Positions 14,367 to 27,003 of a DNA stretch of 64,000 nucleotides are shown piece after piece. The stretch comes from Bigelowiella natans CCMP2755. Its lineage: Eukaryota > Protista > Cercozoa. The stretch's first letter is position 1; every line of letters starts with the position of its first letter. A model generated the notes under the pieces. That model was not told the DNA's origin, made no database searches, and worked only from the letters and a program-made list of their open reading frames with translations. The position numbers and the translations under genes were made by a program. The stretch is from positions 139,010-203,009 of the forward strand of contig ADNK01002140.1 in assembly GCA_000320545.1 (NCBI GenBank), written 5' to 3'.

Positions 14367-16905
14367 CAGCAGCATTAAGCAGCAGCTTATTATTAGTATA
14401 ACAAGGAGTATGATACGGATAATACGGATGATGATATTAGCTTCTCATCACCTGTAATCCCATCCCAGTTATGTTATCGTCATCGCCTTTTCCTCCAAGA
14501 GGAAGGCCACTATTCTGTTTCTTCTCTCCTCGTATTGGCTGCAAATATTCATCATCATCATCATCATCATTATCGTCAGCGTCGTCGTCATCACATGAGA
14601 TAGGAAATCATCATAAAACAGCAACAACTGCCTCCCACTACTTTCTTTTCAATGTATGTTCACTACTTCTACTAGTACTAGTACTAGTAGAAGTGTACTA
14701 GTAGTACCGAAACAGCTCTGAAAACGGGTATGATTTCCACATACGCTGCTTTGTAACTACTCTTCTCTTGCCTGCTGCTGTTGCTACCGCTACCACCGCT
14801 TGATATCAATAGATAACCAGACTTTACACGAACCCTCTTCGCCTCTCCTCCCCTATGATGATGATGGTGATGATGGCGGTGATGATGACGATAATGAAAA
14901 GGAGGAGACATTAATTGTTAACCATGATAATAATTGTGATGATGGTGATGGAGGAGGAGGAGAAAGAGGCTTGTTATGAAGAAGAAGATGATAATGATAG
15001 CCTTTAAAATGACGAAGACGACGATGATAATGATGATATTGATAGTCGCTACGATCAATCGTCTAAAACTAGGTGGTGCTGGCGACGTCTCACGCAGGCT
15101 AAGGTACTAACTAGAACAAAGGGGGAGGGGGAACTGTTTCTACCTTGCCAGCAGTTGTTGGCCTTTCCCCTTACTATCATCCATTTTCGTAGCTGTTGTC
15201 GTCGTCGTCGTCGTCGTACTACTCTTTAATTTAACTTCGCTCTTTTTATTTTTGTTCGTGGCATTTCTTCTTGTTGTGTTTGCGTTGAAGTCAGTATGGT
15301 GTGAAGAAATAGGTAGGTCGTCACATGTTCCTCCTCCTCCTCCTCCTCCTACCCCCCCTAGCTTGGATGAGGGGGAGGAAGAAGATCCGTCCTGTCGTCC
15401 TCGTGCATTATTTCCAGCACTACTATTACTACTACTACGATTAATACTACTACTACTACTACCGACGAGTACTTTTGAGGGTCTTGCTGTTGCTACTACT
15501 GCCACCTGTGCTTGTATTAATACCCGATCATCTTTGCCTCCTGCTGCTGCTGCTCCACTACTAAAACCACCATCTTCTGCTCTCTTTGTTGTCGCTCCTT
15601 GCCTCTCTTTTTCTTCTTCGTCTCTCTCCTCCTGTTGCAACCCTCCTTTTGTGTTGTAGCGGCTGTGATTGTCATAGATTACATCATTCGATTCATTTTT
15701 TGGGTTGTCAATATTCTCCTCCTTATCGCCAAATTCGCCTCCTCTTCCTCCTCCTCCTGCTGCTGCTTTCATTTGATCTTTATGTGCCTTTATTATTCTA
15801 ACATCCTCTTTCGCCTTTCTGCTACTTTGGTATAGTTGTCGTCCATAGACGCTGCTGCTCTCATGTTGGCCATTATTATTATTATCATTATTATTATCAT
15901 TATCACCATAATTGCCACCACCACCAGTAGCAGCAGCAGCAGAAGCAGTGTGATCATCATCATCATCGAGAAGAAGTTGCCTAGCATTGGGCTGGTGATG
16001 AGGATGGTGCGATTTCCTTTCGTCGGAATCCATTATCACGGCAGTAGTAGTGCCATTATTGCCTCTTCTATGGGATGATTCTTTGTTTGCATTTGCTGCT
16101 ACCATGTTGTTGTTAATTCCTATTATACCCCTTTCTTCTGCTGTCAGCGTCTCACCCTTTACCTGCGACAAAAGAGAAGAGAAGGTGATTATCATCGATC
16201 AAACTACATGCATGAAAATGATCATGGCTGTTAACTTAATAATAATTACTACCACCTGCCCGTAGACTATTTGTGTAAAATTATTCACATTACTGCATGC
16301 TTGTATACTATGGACTATTTCTCATGTCTTCAAACTTTAATGATTAGCACCACGTACACACACACAAACACACATTCATACGATGTCATTTATATTATTT
16401 TTATTATTATTATTATCATTTATGTATTGAGTCCTGACCACTTTATGATGCAAGTAGTCTATCTTCTCATTTGTTGCAGCCAGCTGATTGCGTAATCTAA
16501 ATATTACAGATTAACTATTCTGAGAGCAGCCTTCTTTTGGGAAAGATGGAAAATAACATTAAAAAAACACACATTGTCCTCCTCATTATTCACAACCATT
16601 ATCATCATCATCATCATATGAAGAAATCTTGCCGTCGTCTTGTTACCGTTCCATCTCAGCTTGCATTTTCCTTTTCTCTGCTTCCTCCGCAGCTATTCTT
16701 TTCATTTTTTGTTCGCGGCGTCGTCGCCTTTCTTGAGCAGTCCGTGGCAATCTCTTCCTCACACCTAAGGCATCTCCATCTCCATCAAGATCTGCAACTA
16801 GTCTTGCTTTCTTTTTCTTTTTCTTTTTCCTTCTCGGCTTTTCACCACCACCAGTGGGAGGACCAGCACTAGCTGATGCGGAAGCAAACGTTGCCAATCG
16901 CGACT

Positions 16906-16950
<45 letters not shown>

Positions 16951-18552
16951 TTGATATTATGTGTGTGTGTGTGTGTGTGTGTGATAACAATCGGCATTAC
17001 GAAGAGGCCAGCAACACCAACATTACTCATCTACTAGGTTCATCTCGAGAATCAGGATAACAAAGAGAAGATTGGCTACGTTTGACTACGTGACGAGTCA
17101 ATAAAATACATGAGGTTGATGAGGACACTGAAAGATCCTCTATTAGATTTATTCGGTGCGGTGATTGTGCGGTGCATGTGCTAGTTGCAGATTAAAAGGA
17201 CTGATGATGACATTGTGGTAGTTCTGCATTTCACTATCAAAACATTCGTTTCCGTTGATCAATACCGTGAATGTATTGTCTTCGCTTGCTGTACTACGAA
17301 CGGTTCCTGCTTCCTAAATATTTTATGTATTTATGTGATGTTTTGCGTGGTATACATGCTTCGTATATATGTGAATGCGATGTCTCTCTCTTCAGGGAGA
17401 TTAGTAGTTCAAAGAAGAAAATGACAAGAAAGGGAAAAATGCTAGTCATTATCGCCACTACTCTCTTTCGCAATCATCACATAACACCGTGCTATCGCAT
17501 TATCGCCACTACTCTCTTTCGTAATCATCACATAATACCGTGCTATCGCGAGTCCTGGAGCTTCCTTGCGAATTGGTTACTATTCCTGCTTCTACATCTG
17601 CTGATGCTGTTACTGCCCCCACCGTATTATTAGTATTATTCGTAACATGTGCCCCACCAATGAAGCTGCTTTTATTATCTATGCTTCTCTCACTCGTTTT
17701 CTCCGTTAGAGCTGGATCACGAGTAGTAGTAGTAGCAGTGGTGGTGGTGGAGGTGGTGGAAGTAGCGGTGGTAGCGGTAGTATTAAAAGCTAAGTTGTTG
17801 TCCGATTGAGCCACTACTATTTGATTTTCATCATCTTCCTTCACAGTCATAACAACCCCGTTGTTCATTGAGGAGGTAGACGAACTGGATGCGTATGTAC
17901 TTCTACGAGACTTATTGGGACTTATGATTGCACCAGGACCACTTACACTACCCCTGGCACTCGGAGGGTACCTTGTACTATTATGCTTATCTTTGGGTGG
18001 TGGAGGGGGGGCATGGTGGCTTGGAGATAGCGGGGCCCTATTTGCAATTCCCCCACCGTCACTTAAATTTGAAGCAGTTTGGGAGCGTTTAAAAGGTGAA
18101 CGTGGGGGTGACACATTATTACTGAAAGAAGCTCGGCGGTCCCTCCTCCCAAGCGGAGAAGGCGGCCTTGAATTGTGAGGTGTTGTGGCCGCAGTTCGTG
18201 AATAAGGAGCAGGTCCTTTTGGCCTCCTCAGTTTTCCTTGTAGCATAACCTGCTTTACATACTCTCGAACATGGGTTTCGATGATAGCATCAGCCTCTGG
18301 ATGCTGCATTCCCTGCGCCATCCACAAGTTCTGCTGAGCTACGCTGGCTTTATTCAACATTTTAGCTTGCTCGGAAAGGCCGTGGGCATAAAGAGTTTTC
18401 AGAAGCTTTGCGAAAATCGTTTGTCTGAGAGCTATGAATGTGGGAGATGAAAGCATTGCCATCCGAATTCCCCGTTTTGGGCCAGGCCGGCCGCTTCGTA
18501 CCTTCCCTTCATCTTTCTTTTTGCTTGTGGCAGATGAAGGAGAGTTGATCAT
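10935..18552 (-). CDS. Large multi-exon protein: low-complexity N-terminus, PH domain, helical domain, C-terminal PX domain
   Basis: PH: KSGYLL..YKAAYVEI...GSDPTEFIIHTQSDEPLRAK|AASVRSRIGWVQTI. PX: WLKGVAVTGVSASRVNLRIVTFYSMQ..VRFTKRFSQFIEMHAEVQKWYRKKFPSIDLPAPPPKNSMAVFSKRKNTFLNERKLKLERYINAMACVDHMKNCEPFLEFL. Long exons correspond to ORFs 15140-16195, 16643-16897 and 17509-18570. Confidence 0.75.
17447..17548. repeat. 51-bp tandem duplication spanning a predicted splice donor; two mismatches, both TA versus CA
   Basis: cattatcgccactactctctttcg[c/t]aatcatcacataa[c/t]accgtgctatcg at 17447-17497 and 17498-17548. Confidence 0.95.
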
Positions 18553-19597
18553 AATGTCTTTGCTCTTCACGCCCTTATTTTATGAAAAAAAGTTCAGTGA
18601 TAAAATCAGACAATGTTCGATATTCTATGTGCAGAGTAACACCATAACCTTAACCAAGATAACAGCAAAAAATGATGTGGGGAAGGTATTATTGAGAAAG
18701 CAGCTCACAGCTCCATTTTTGACAATAACACCGAAGATTACAGTCTCGAAGAAATCTCAGGTATTGTTGTAGAAATTTGAGGACGACCTCATAAGCTGAA
18801 CTGGAGTTGTTAACCCGACTGACACATGGATGTACGGGGTGAGCACCGGAGGCACTTTCTCAAAGTGTATCTAATTCTTGTCCTCCGAGCCTTAAGAATG
18901 CTTATTTATAACCCAACGACATAAAAAAAGAGATGTCGCATGAAGAAACTGTGTGGATTCTAAGAATAAATACTTAGTATATGGATGTTTTTCATTTGTA
19001 TACTTTTTAATACGGGGAAACTTGTACTCAGCTCACTTCCTTTGTTAAAGTCTTAACGACAAATCATCAGGACAATCGAGACATTCTTCTTTTTTGCAAC
19101 AAGGCTCTTTATATCTGGTCGTACAACCAAAATTGGTTCAATCGAACACCACATGAGAAAGCAAACTAGTAAACAGCAGAAATTGTGGCTTGAGTACATC
19201 ACACATCTCCAACTTTCATCAATTGGGCAAATCTTTTTGAGTCGCATGAATAAATTACAGGATATATTCGTTGAGTTTTCCAACTTTTCGCTCCACGAGA
19301 CTCCAAAAGGAGGAGGAGGAGGGGGAGGGGTGCTCCTATTTTCGAAACCACAGGGCTGCTAGCTGGGAGAAGGTCTATGGAGGAACAGGTTGACTAATTG
19401 ATGTGTTGGAAAATGACATGGCATTGTCGAGTTGGCGAGTTGGGGGGCGCTTCACCTCCCTAACAGATGAAAGAATATGCACGTTATTCAAGAAGATGCC
19501 CGAACAGACCTGGTTTTCTTTTCCCTGTGATATGCTTTTCGTCTTCGAAACATATCCGGATATTGTAATCAGTTCTGTCTAAATTTTTTTTACTTAG

Positions 19598-20743
19598 TTC
19601 TTCGACAATGAGGAGGACGAGGAGAAGGAGGAGGACGTTGGGGTCGAAAACATACATTCCTCCGTCGACATAGGGGAAATCGCTGGGTCTCCTCACAAAA
19701 GCAGCTCCCCCGATAATGCGAGAGCAATTAATGAATCACCTCTTATAGGTGGAGGAGTAAATTTGTCACCGTCGGCAAATGTAAAAAGAAATAGATCACC
19801 CAGTGCGATGAGCCAAACTAGTCAATTTCGAGAACAGGATTTCGCTCTTGCGGATGACACAGAAACCAGAGGAAACGATCTCCAGTATCTTCTCAGGGAT
19901 GGGGCATTTGATGATATTCTAAGCCCAGAATTAACACCTAGGAAATTATTAAATACCGAGACAGTATCGGAAGAAGAAAGAGAGATTCTAGCCAAAATCG
20001 AAGCAGCAGCTTCCCGAATGGACTTTGTCGAGGCTCAAAAATTAAAGGAACTGCTTGTTAAAATTCGAAATGGTGAGGAAAGGGGAAAAAAAGAGATAAA
20101 GAATCTAGAAGTTGAGGCTAAAACAAAACCAATCGTGTCGGCTCAAAATGTTGAACGGTTGATGAATACACACAAAAGGGTTAGAGAAATGATATTCCAA
20201 CGATGTATTATGGGACGGCGGCGACGAATACTTCGGAGCAGTTTGAATCGCTGGCATGCCAGGAACAAACAGAAGGCACAGATAACGGCATCACCACTTG
20301 AGAATAAATCTTCAGGAGGGAGCGGAAGAGTCCATCATAATAGCAAATCCCTTGGCATGAGCGAAGTTCTCACAGTTGTAAAGAGTATTAGAAAGAAACT
20401 ACTCAGGGTCATCCTTCGGAGGAGGCTCCACGGAGAGTTGCGATTTGTAATTCGTAACTGGACACGTATTGTGCACTTGAGCAGAAGAAAACTTGGCAGC
20501 GACCAGCTTCCCGACCATAAACATAATCATGATAGTACTCCGAAGGCGTTACAAAAGTACATGGAAGTTGAGAAGAAAGTGAAGGCTAATATGATGAGAG
20601 ATGAAATGAAGAAGATAGCCAAAGGTGTTGCACGAAGGGCAAGCCAACTTAAAAGCAATGCACGAGCAGAATCTTTGAAACAAGAGGACTCGAAAGGTGA
20701 TTCATCATCATCATCATCTCTTAAAAACACAAGTTCGACTACA

Positions 20744-20775
<32 letters not shown>

Positions 20776-22763
20776 AGCAGTGGGTCGGAACCACCAGCTC
20801 ATCATGAAATCGGAAGAACCTCACAGCGACGATCAAGGAATTGGGAGACGACTTGCTCTGTATAGAGTCGTAGATGAAGACGGGGTGTGCTTTCGAATTT
20901 CTCCAGGGATGAGTGAGAGTTGTAGACACCCAGGTGAGGAGGGAGTGGATTTAGGTGACATCATCCTGGGTTCTGAGGGACCCCCGGGATGGATCAGGAC
21001 ATTTCCGGAGAACTTCTTCATCCCCCTTACGATAACAGGTGTGATGTAGTAGTAGTAATAGTAGTAGAAGTGGTTAGAGTAGTAGTCATAGTAATAATAG
21101 TAGTAGGGTTTTGGTCCAATTCAACAATAGCATTATTTGGTATTTTCAGGAAAGCCTGTGTTAGAGAGAGCACGTCTTCGCACTACCAAGACAAAGACTG
21201 GATCCAACAAGGCGGAAAAGGAAGAGAATTCGCAAAATCTGATAACCAAACTTCGTCTTGCTCTTCATGGCGACGATCATCATAGCAGCAGCGAAAGCAG
21301 TGATCTTGATGTGGTAGGTGTAGGTGTCAGTGTTCACACTCACAAACACTACTAATTGTTACACATCATCTTCTGCACTCAATTGCGCGCGTTTGCTACT
21401 AAATTACATACTTGATATCCATCCACTCTCTCTTCCTGCTGCCATGACTCATTGACTACGGATCATGGCGCTGTAAAACCAAATTCAATCACTCGTGCAC
21501 GTGCTGACTCACAACCATACTCATCACAAATGATGAATTGCTATGTTGCCATTTTAAGGATGATTTAGGAGGTGCTATAGACCATGGAGGGTATGCGGAT
21601 ATCAATGAGGAAAGGAAGAAGGGCCGTGCTCCCCCATCAGTGCCAATAGCAATTGGTATGCTTAGGGTTACTATTCAGGAGATCGCTCACCAGAAGAACA
21701 GGAACCACCGCCACACCCATCAACCCACGTACAGAAAATCCTCTGACAAGAAACTGTCTTCTCATCCGAGGAAAGCAGCAGCACCACCACCAGCAGCAGC
21801 AACAACAGCAGACGACAGCACCGGGACACTCGCAATATCTCAGCACGTCCTTACTGGCGTTGGGAAGCTAATACCCGAATGGGTTCACTCCGAAAAGCAT
21901 GGTGGATGGATTGTGCTCAGAATAGCTTTGCATCTGTTTAACATATCCCCTGACCCCATGAAACAATGTGGCCGTAGACGTTTGAATCTACCACAACCTG
22001 GTGCGTTTGTCGCCAAGTATGAGCTAGAGGGCAGCTTAGTAGAAGCAGACCCCAAGAATATCAAGACATTTATTGTTCATCTTCCTGGAAAGTTCCACAG
22101 GATCATCATTGAGTGCCCTGAATCTGAAGCTGCTGGTGGTGGTCCCAGTAATAATAGTCATGTCAATAATCATGCTAGTGGTAGCAGCAGCGGTGATTCT
22201 TCCTCCTCCTCTGCAACAAGTTCAGCACTGAAGAAGATATTTCCAGTCGCACTACCAACCGTCCCTCGTCATCGTGGTCAGTGGCTAGGCCTTATAGCTA
22301 TGTGCAGTGGACCTCCTGAGCTGATTGACGTAGGATCTACCCTTAGAGCCATGCTTGCATTGCTAGTATCAAGAATAGAAGATGAGGGAAGGTTAAATAC
22401 TATGAACGAGACCGAGACTAGGGAGAAGCTCATCCAGAACCTCCACAACCATCTTTCCGAGATCAGTAGATGGATTTCAGACGTGGCGCTTAATGAGAAC
22501 AAAAACTCTAGCAGAGATGGAAAAACATCATCATCATCATCATCCGAGCCGAGCAAGAGCGACACCATTTGTATGGTAAGAGTCGAGTTAAAAGGATATG
22601 GATCCAGCACATCGCAGTGCCGATTACACGAAACAATAGCTCAAATCAAGTTGAATGCTATAACTCAACTTGTAGAGAAGCGAAGGCCGTCCTTATCCAC
22701 ATCATCATCATCATCATCACCACCACCATTGTCCTCCTCCAGCAGCCAACAGAAACAACAGCA

Positions 22764-22798
<35 letters not shown>

Positions 22799-22810
22799 TG
22801 TCGTCGGGGC

Positions 22811-22847
<37 letters not shown>

Positions 22848-23370
22848 TAAACGGGCTAGTCTTAAGACGAAGGACTACCGCTTGCTTATCCTGGGAAGAG
22901 GTCGACCGATACATTGTGACGAGAGCGAGACTTTGCAGAATGTCACAGAGCGCTCAGGAGTAAGTGCTGCTACCGCTAAGAACAGCTCTTCTGAATCAGC
23001 AACCCCCGCACATCCTCAGTCGAAAGCTTCTAAAGGCCGTCCAGTATTGAGGCTTAGCTTCACTTTGGAACCTGTTGCTGATGACGAGCCTACTATTAAT
23101 AGATTCCATAAGACCGAGGTGCTAGAGAGTCATTTTCCTGTGGCAGAGACAACAATGGAATCGACGAAACAATCCGAAATAAGCGAGCAACAGTTGCATG
23201 ATGAGGATAATCAGGCTGCTGCTCTTTCACAAAGTATGATAGCTTCCTCATTCTCGAAGAAAGTTACATTATCCGAGAACGATAGTCAGAAGGGCCATTT
23301 GCCAAAGGTTGGTGCAAAAAAAACAAGAAGACGTAGTTTTTGGGACAAACTGCGTGGGAAAAAAATCTAG
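19598..23370 (+). CDS. Multi-exon protein with SH3-like segment, PH domain, helical domain and ubiquitin-like domain (5' exons probably extend to ~18830-19150)
   Basis: ORFs 19763-21049 (open from the acceptor at 19598) and 21538-23370. SH3-like LALYRVVDEDGVCFRISP...GWIRT..FFIPL; PH-like GWIVLR...TFIVHLP..RIIIEC...RHRGQWLGLI; Ubl-like MVRVELKG..ETIAQIK...DYRLLILGRG..ETL. Domain calls are by eye. Confidence 0.7.
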
Positions 23371-23494
23371 TAGACATCGGTCATGCAGCAGCGATACGAT
23401 CTTCGTCAGTCAAAACTAATGACTTGATGTGCCTCCTCTATTAGTTTGCTAAGCTAGTAAGGCTACGACCTAGTTTAAAATTTTGTGGTGTGTA

Positions 23495-23614
23495 TATGAG
23501 ACGGATGTAATGAATTGATTAAATCTTTTCAATGGTCATCCTAGCTGTGCATAGGCAGCGGCTACAGCTAGACAGCGCTAATGTTGTGTCCGTTTGTTTC
23601 CATGGTCACGTGTT
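23495..23614 (+). repeat. ~120-bp dispersed repeat, copy A (copy B inverted at 47678-47793)
   Basis: tatgagacggatgtaatgaattgattaaatcttttcaatggtcatcc...gcagcggctacagc...atgttgtgtccgtttgtttccat aligns, with small indels, to the reverse complement of 47678-47793. Confidence 0.85.
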
Positions 23615-24250
23615 TCATGCATGTGAAAGCATCTTCTCAGTTGCGTGCATGTCGAGATACAGCGCGATCTATGCTAGCTATGGTGCATACATGTCATCCT
23701 CATGAGCAGGTATGTGAACAACTAAGCAAGCGATCTACTCCTGAACAAAGCGCACAAGCTAGCAAGCGCAAGAACAGCCGCAAGAGACACGTAGCAGCCT
23801 TGCAGTCACGTAGTGTCACAGTGTAGCCTTTTTCCTGTTCGATCAGAACATGGATCGATGCTGAGTAGTACTAGAGTACGACTAGAGTAGGCTAGCTAGC
23901 TAGTAGGCTAGTAGGGGGGCATTTATTAGAAGAATCTGTTGCAATGTCTAGCCATTCACATTACAGTGCTACACTACTGATCAAATTGAATGAGCTATGC
24001 TAGTCCACCCAGCACCCTCGATTTGCCGCTCCAGCTCTAGAGCTAGCTAGCTGGCGCAATGCTATTATGTGATGCTCGTATCACTACATACACGCTTCCC
24101 TGTGCCACCCTAGTATGCTCTAGTACTAGCTAACTTCGCGCGATCTGAGTATGTGCCACATCGTGCACACCTATGCTATTGGACACGCGCTTACGACAAA
24201 ATATGAAATACAATTTTTGCTGCGATCGATGCCCATGTGCACATGGAAGT
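23520..24250. other. CATG/TGCA/CTAG-rich spacer between convergent genes
   Basis: Runs such as ctagagtacgactagagtaggctagctagctagtaggctag; no credible ORF. Confidence 0.75.
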
Positions 24251-24391
24251 TACACAGAAACAAAGTAGCTGGATATCTAAATGTAAAGTCCGCCGATTGA
24301 TGTTCCAGGAGAAAATATCAGTTTTAAAATATTATTGCACCCGTAGGGAGCCTATATGATGTGATACCATCATGTCCACAAAAGGAAACAG

Positions 24392-26229
24392 TCACCGTGT
24401 GGAACTCAAATATTTTCCGAGTGCCTTCAATCCGAAAACAATACTTGCTTGTCTCCTTGCCTCGAAGACAAGTAAGGTAACATGACACTTCTCATCGTCC
24501 GTGAAATCGTACCCAAATACTTCATAGTCACTTCGTGTGATATCTTGAGGGTAGCAAGCACATTTCTTGATGAATTTCTTTACCTGCTTATTGAGGTATT
24601 TATTTATTGAAGCGTAATCGTAGTCATCGTTCTCTATCCCATATAGACGGTGCACGTAGTACCATACTGCCCTTCGAAAAGGCCCCGTGTCTACATTTCC
24701 AGCACTGGTTAGCCGTTGATACGTTAAATTGTAGATCAGATCGAACTCGCTGTTAAGCATTGGTGCAAATCCTTGGTAGTATCTCGACATCAACCCGTAT
24801 CCGTGAGAGCGCCAATCGTAATCCTGTCTTCGATGTAATTTTTCTGTCTTTATATTGAAATCAACGTAACGCTCAACATCCTTTCCAGTGAATTCTGGAT
24901 ACTTGCTCGACGTGTCAGTGAGGTTGGTCAGGCAGCAAATATCAACTGAACTGGCTTTCTGTGCCGCCAGCTTCTTCTTCTCAACTATCTGTGGACGTTT
25001 TTCCTTAGTATCTAACAGCTTCAAGAGATTTTCTCTGTTCTTTTGTACCGTCTCCCTTGTTTGGTCGTCAAGCTTGTAGTCTTTCGATATTAATGTGGAG
25101 CGGGTTGGATTCTCCATATCTATCTCTGGAAGAAGACCCATCCCGTGCACCAAGCCGGTGAGTGAGAAAAATGTGGCAAAAATTGCAATAATTTGGACAA
25201 GCTCGGCTACTGTCCAGCCATTTGATCCTTCCATCTGGCCGCCTATGTCCTCGGGAGTAAGTTTCCAAGGCCGGTGAGCCAACAGTTTTCCTAGTTTTAA
25301 GAGTCGTTGTATCTTTTGGGGTGCTTTATCAAGGCCCTCTAACCAAGAAGGTTCTCCTCTGTTGAAAGTAAATTCGCTCTCTTGAAGGGAGACTAAGTAC
25401 TGACAGTTGTGCAAACTACTCGCAATGATAGCAAGATAGTTCCGGATTGGTACCGATAATTCCCCCTCTTCCCTCATTAAAAACTCTGTTGTCATTGTGA
25501 AAGCTTCCAAATACAAAGGATGCCATCCTAAAACTTGATCAATATGACTTAACCTTCCCCGCGAGGCGAAAATGTCCTCGAACATTTGCCTTACCACTTC
25601 ATCCTTCGGTGAAACGGGAACAAGAAGGTTTGATGGGACGAAACTAGATGCTTGGCTAGACGCCGGATTATCATTCTCATGTCTACGATAAAGACATACA
25701 GTAAGCGCGATTCATCTTAAACGAACTATAAGATGACCTTTTCAAGTAGTCCTGCATTAGCTCTCTTACTTCACTGAAAGGACACTGTAAAAGAATCACA
25801 CATTGGATATTTGTTCAGTTACGTTGTCGTGTTTGTTGGGATCGTATGGATTACCTTGAATGCAAGACGTCGAACCGTTGGCAATAAAATATCCGAATAA
25901 TCCCCAGTTTTCAAAGGAAACAATATTTTGGCTGACTCCTCCTCCTCTTCCCTCGGAACCAAGTTCTCAAGGACAGAATAAACGCACGAGTGTAGTGCCT
26001 TCGCCCTGTCGATGATGATGACTAAATAAGAGCAATGTCTAAATTCCTATCCATATTGTTACCTTTTTTGTTCGCAAGAAATTGTCTGTTGGATACACTC
26101 CAGTATGGAACCAAAGTGCAAGTGGAAGAGTACATCACGCTTCTGATCCAGGCTCCTTAAGCTTTTCAGCTGGTCTTCTTTGGCGGGCATGCGCTTAAAT
26201 CCACAGGTTTGGGGTCTCTTTGAGGTCAT
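24392..26229 (-). CDS. SESN: Sestrin (PA26 family)
   Basis: GRLSHIDQVLGWHP.YL..F, R.YLAIIA.S.H.C.YLV, LLAHRPW, W.VAELVQ, DYDW..HGY, LTY, VDT..FRRAVW.Y, GI.NDDYDY..IN.YL, EK.HV.LL..EAR.QA. Upstream exons give LPTVRRLAFK|CPFSEVRE. Confidence 0.93.
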
Positions 26230-26710
26230 CTTAACAAACTGCAACACCGGGGCGGTTTCTCAAGAGATTGATTATTGCTATGTTGTGGTGTAATGCTTCA
26301 GCTCTTGGAAAAGCCAAAGGGGTACCGCCCAGCAGGGGCGTTGCTCACAATATTTAAGATCGATTATTGATCTAAAATATCAAATAAACACCTAGTAAAT
26401 AGAGTAAATTACCCTATTTAATTGTCAATTTGTCTTACTTACGCATGTAATGCATATTTCCGGAATATGTAGGTTGTTTATTTAGCACTGAATCATTATC
26501 TGACTTAATAATGATTGTTCCGATGACATTTGATGAACAAACAAGATTGTTCAAACAGAATGTATTGGAATATTAACCAAGAACTGTTGTCGCATAATTT
26601 AAATGGCATTAAACATGAAGTATTTTGTTAAAGCCGAATGTTGCGGAGCTTATTTTCTGGAAATTTCTCGTGGGAAAACAAGAAATTATTTGAGACACTC
26701 GAAATGATAG

Positions 26711-26711
<1 letters not shown>

Positions 26712-26773
<62 letters not shown>

Positions 26774-26774
26774 C
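26712..26774. repeat. (AAC)n microsatellite in the sestrin/D27 divergent intergenic region
   Basis: About 21 AAC units. Confidence 0.9.
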
Positions 26775-27003
26775 TTAGTTCCTAGATCTAATAACACAAA
26801 GCAACTGGTATCATACTAACTACCCTACCATGTGTGTGTGTGTCAATGATAGCTAGTAGGGGGATCCAAGAGACAGTAGGTGTCTAACTCATCAAATGAT
26901 GCCTATCTTGCCTAATACAATGTAGTTTATAACAGGAAGAAGCGGTAGGAAAGTCATCACGGAAAGAAGAGGGGTGGCACCCCTCTTACGCAGGTCGGAA
27001 ACT

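Noticed and set aside
19110-19200. Weak N-terminal similarity between the paralog pair (MRKQTSKQQKLWL versus LNKASVAQQNLWM)
   Set aside because: Too short, and the plus-gene 5' exon structure is unresolved; kept only as a hint.
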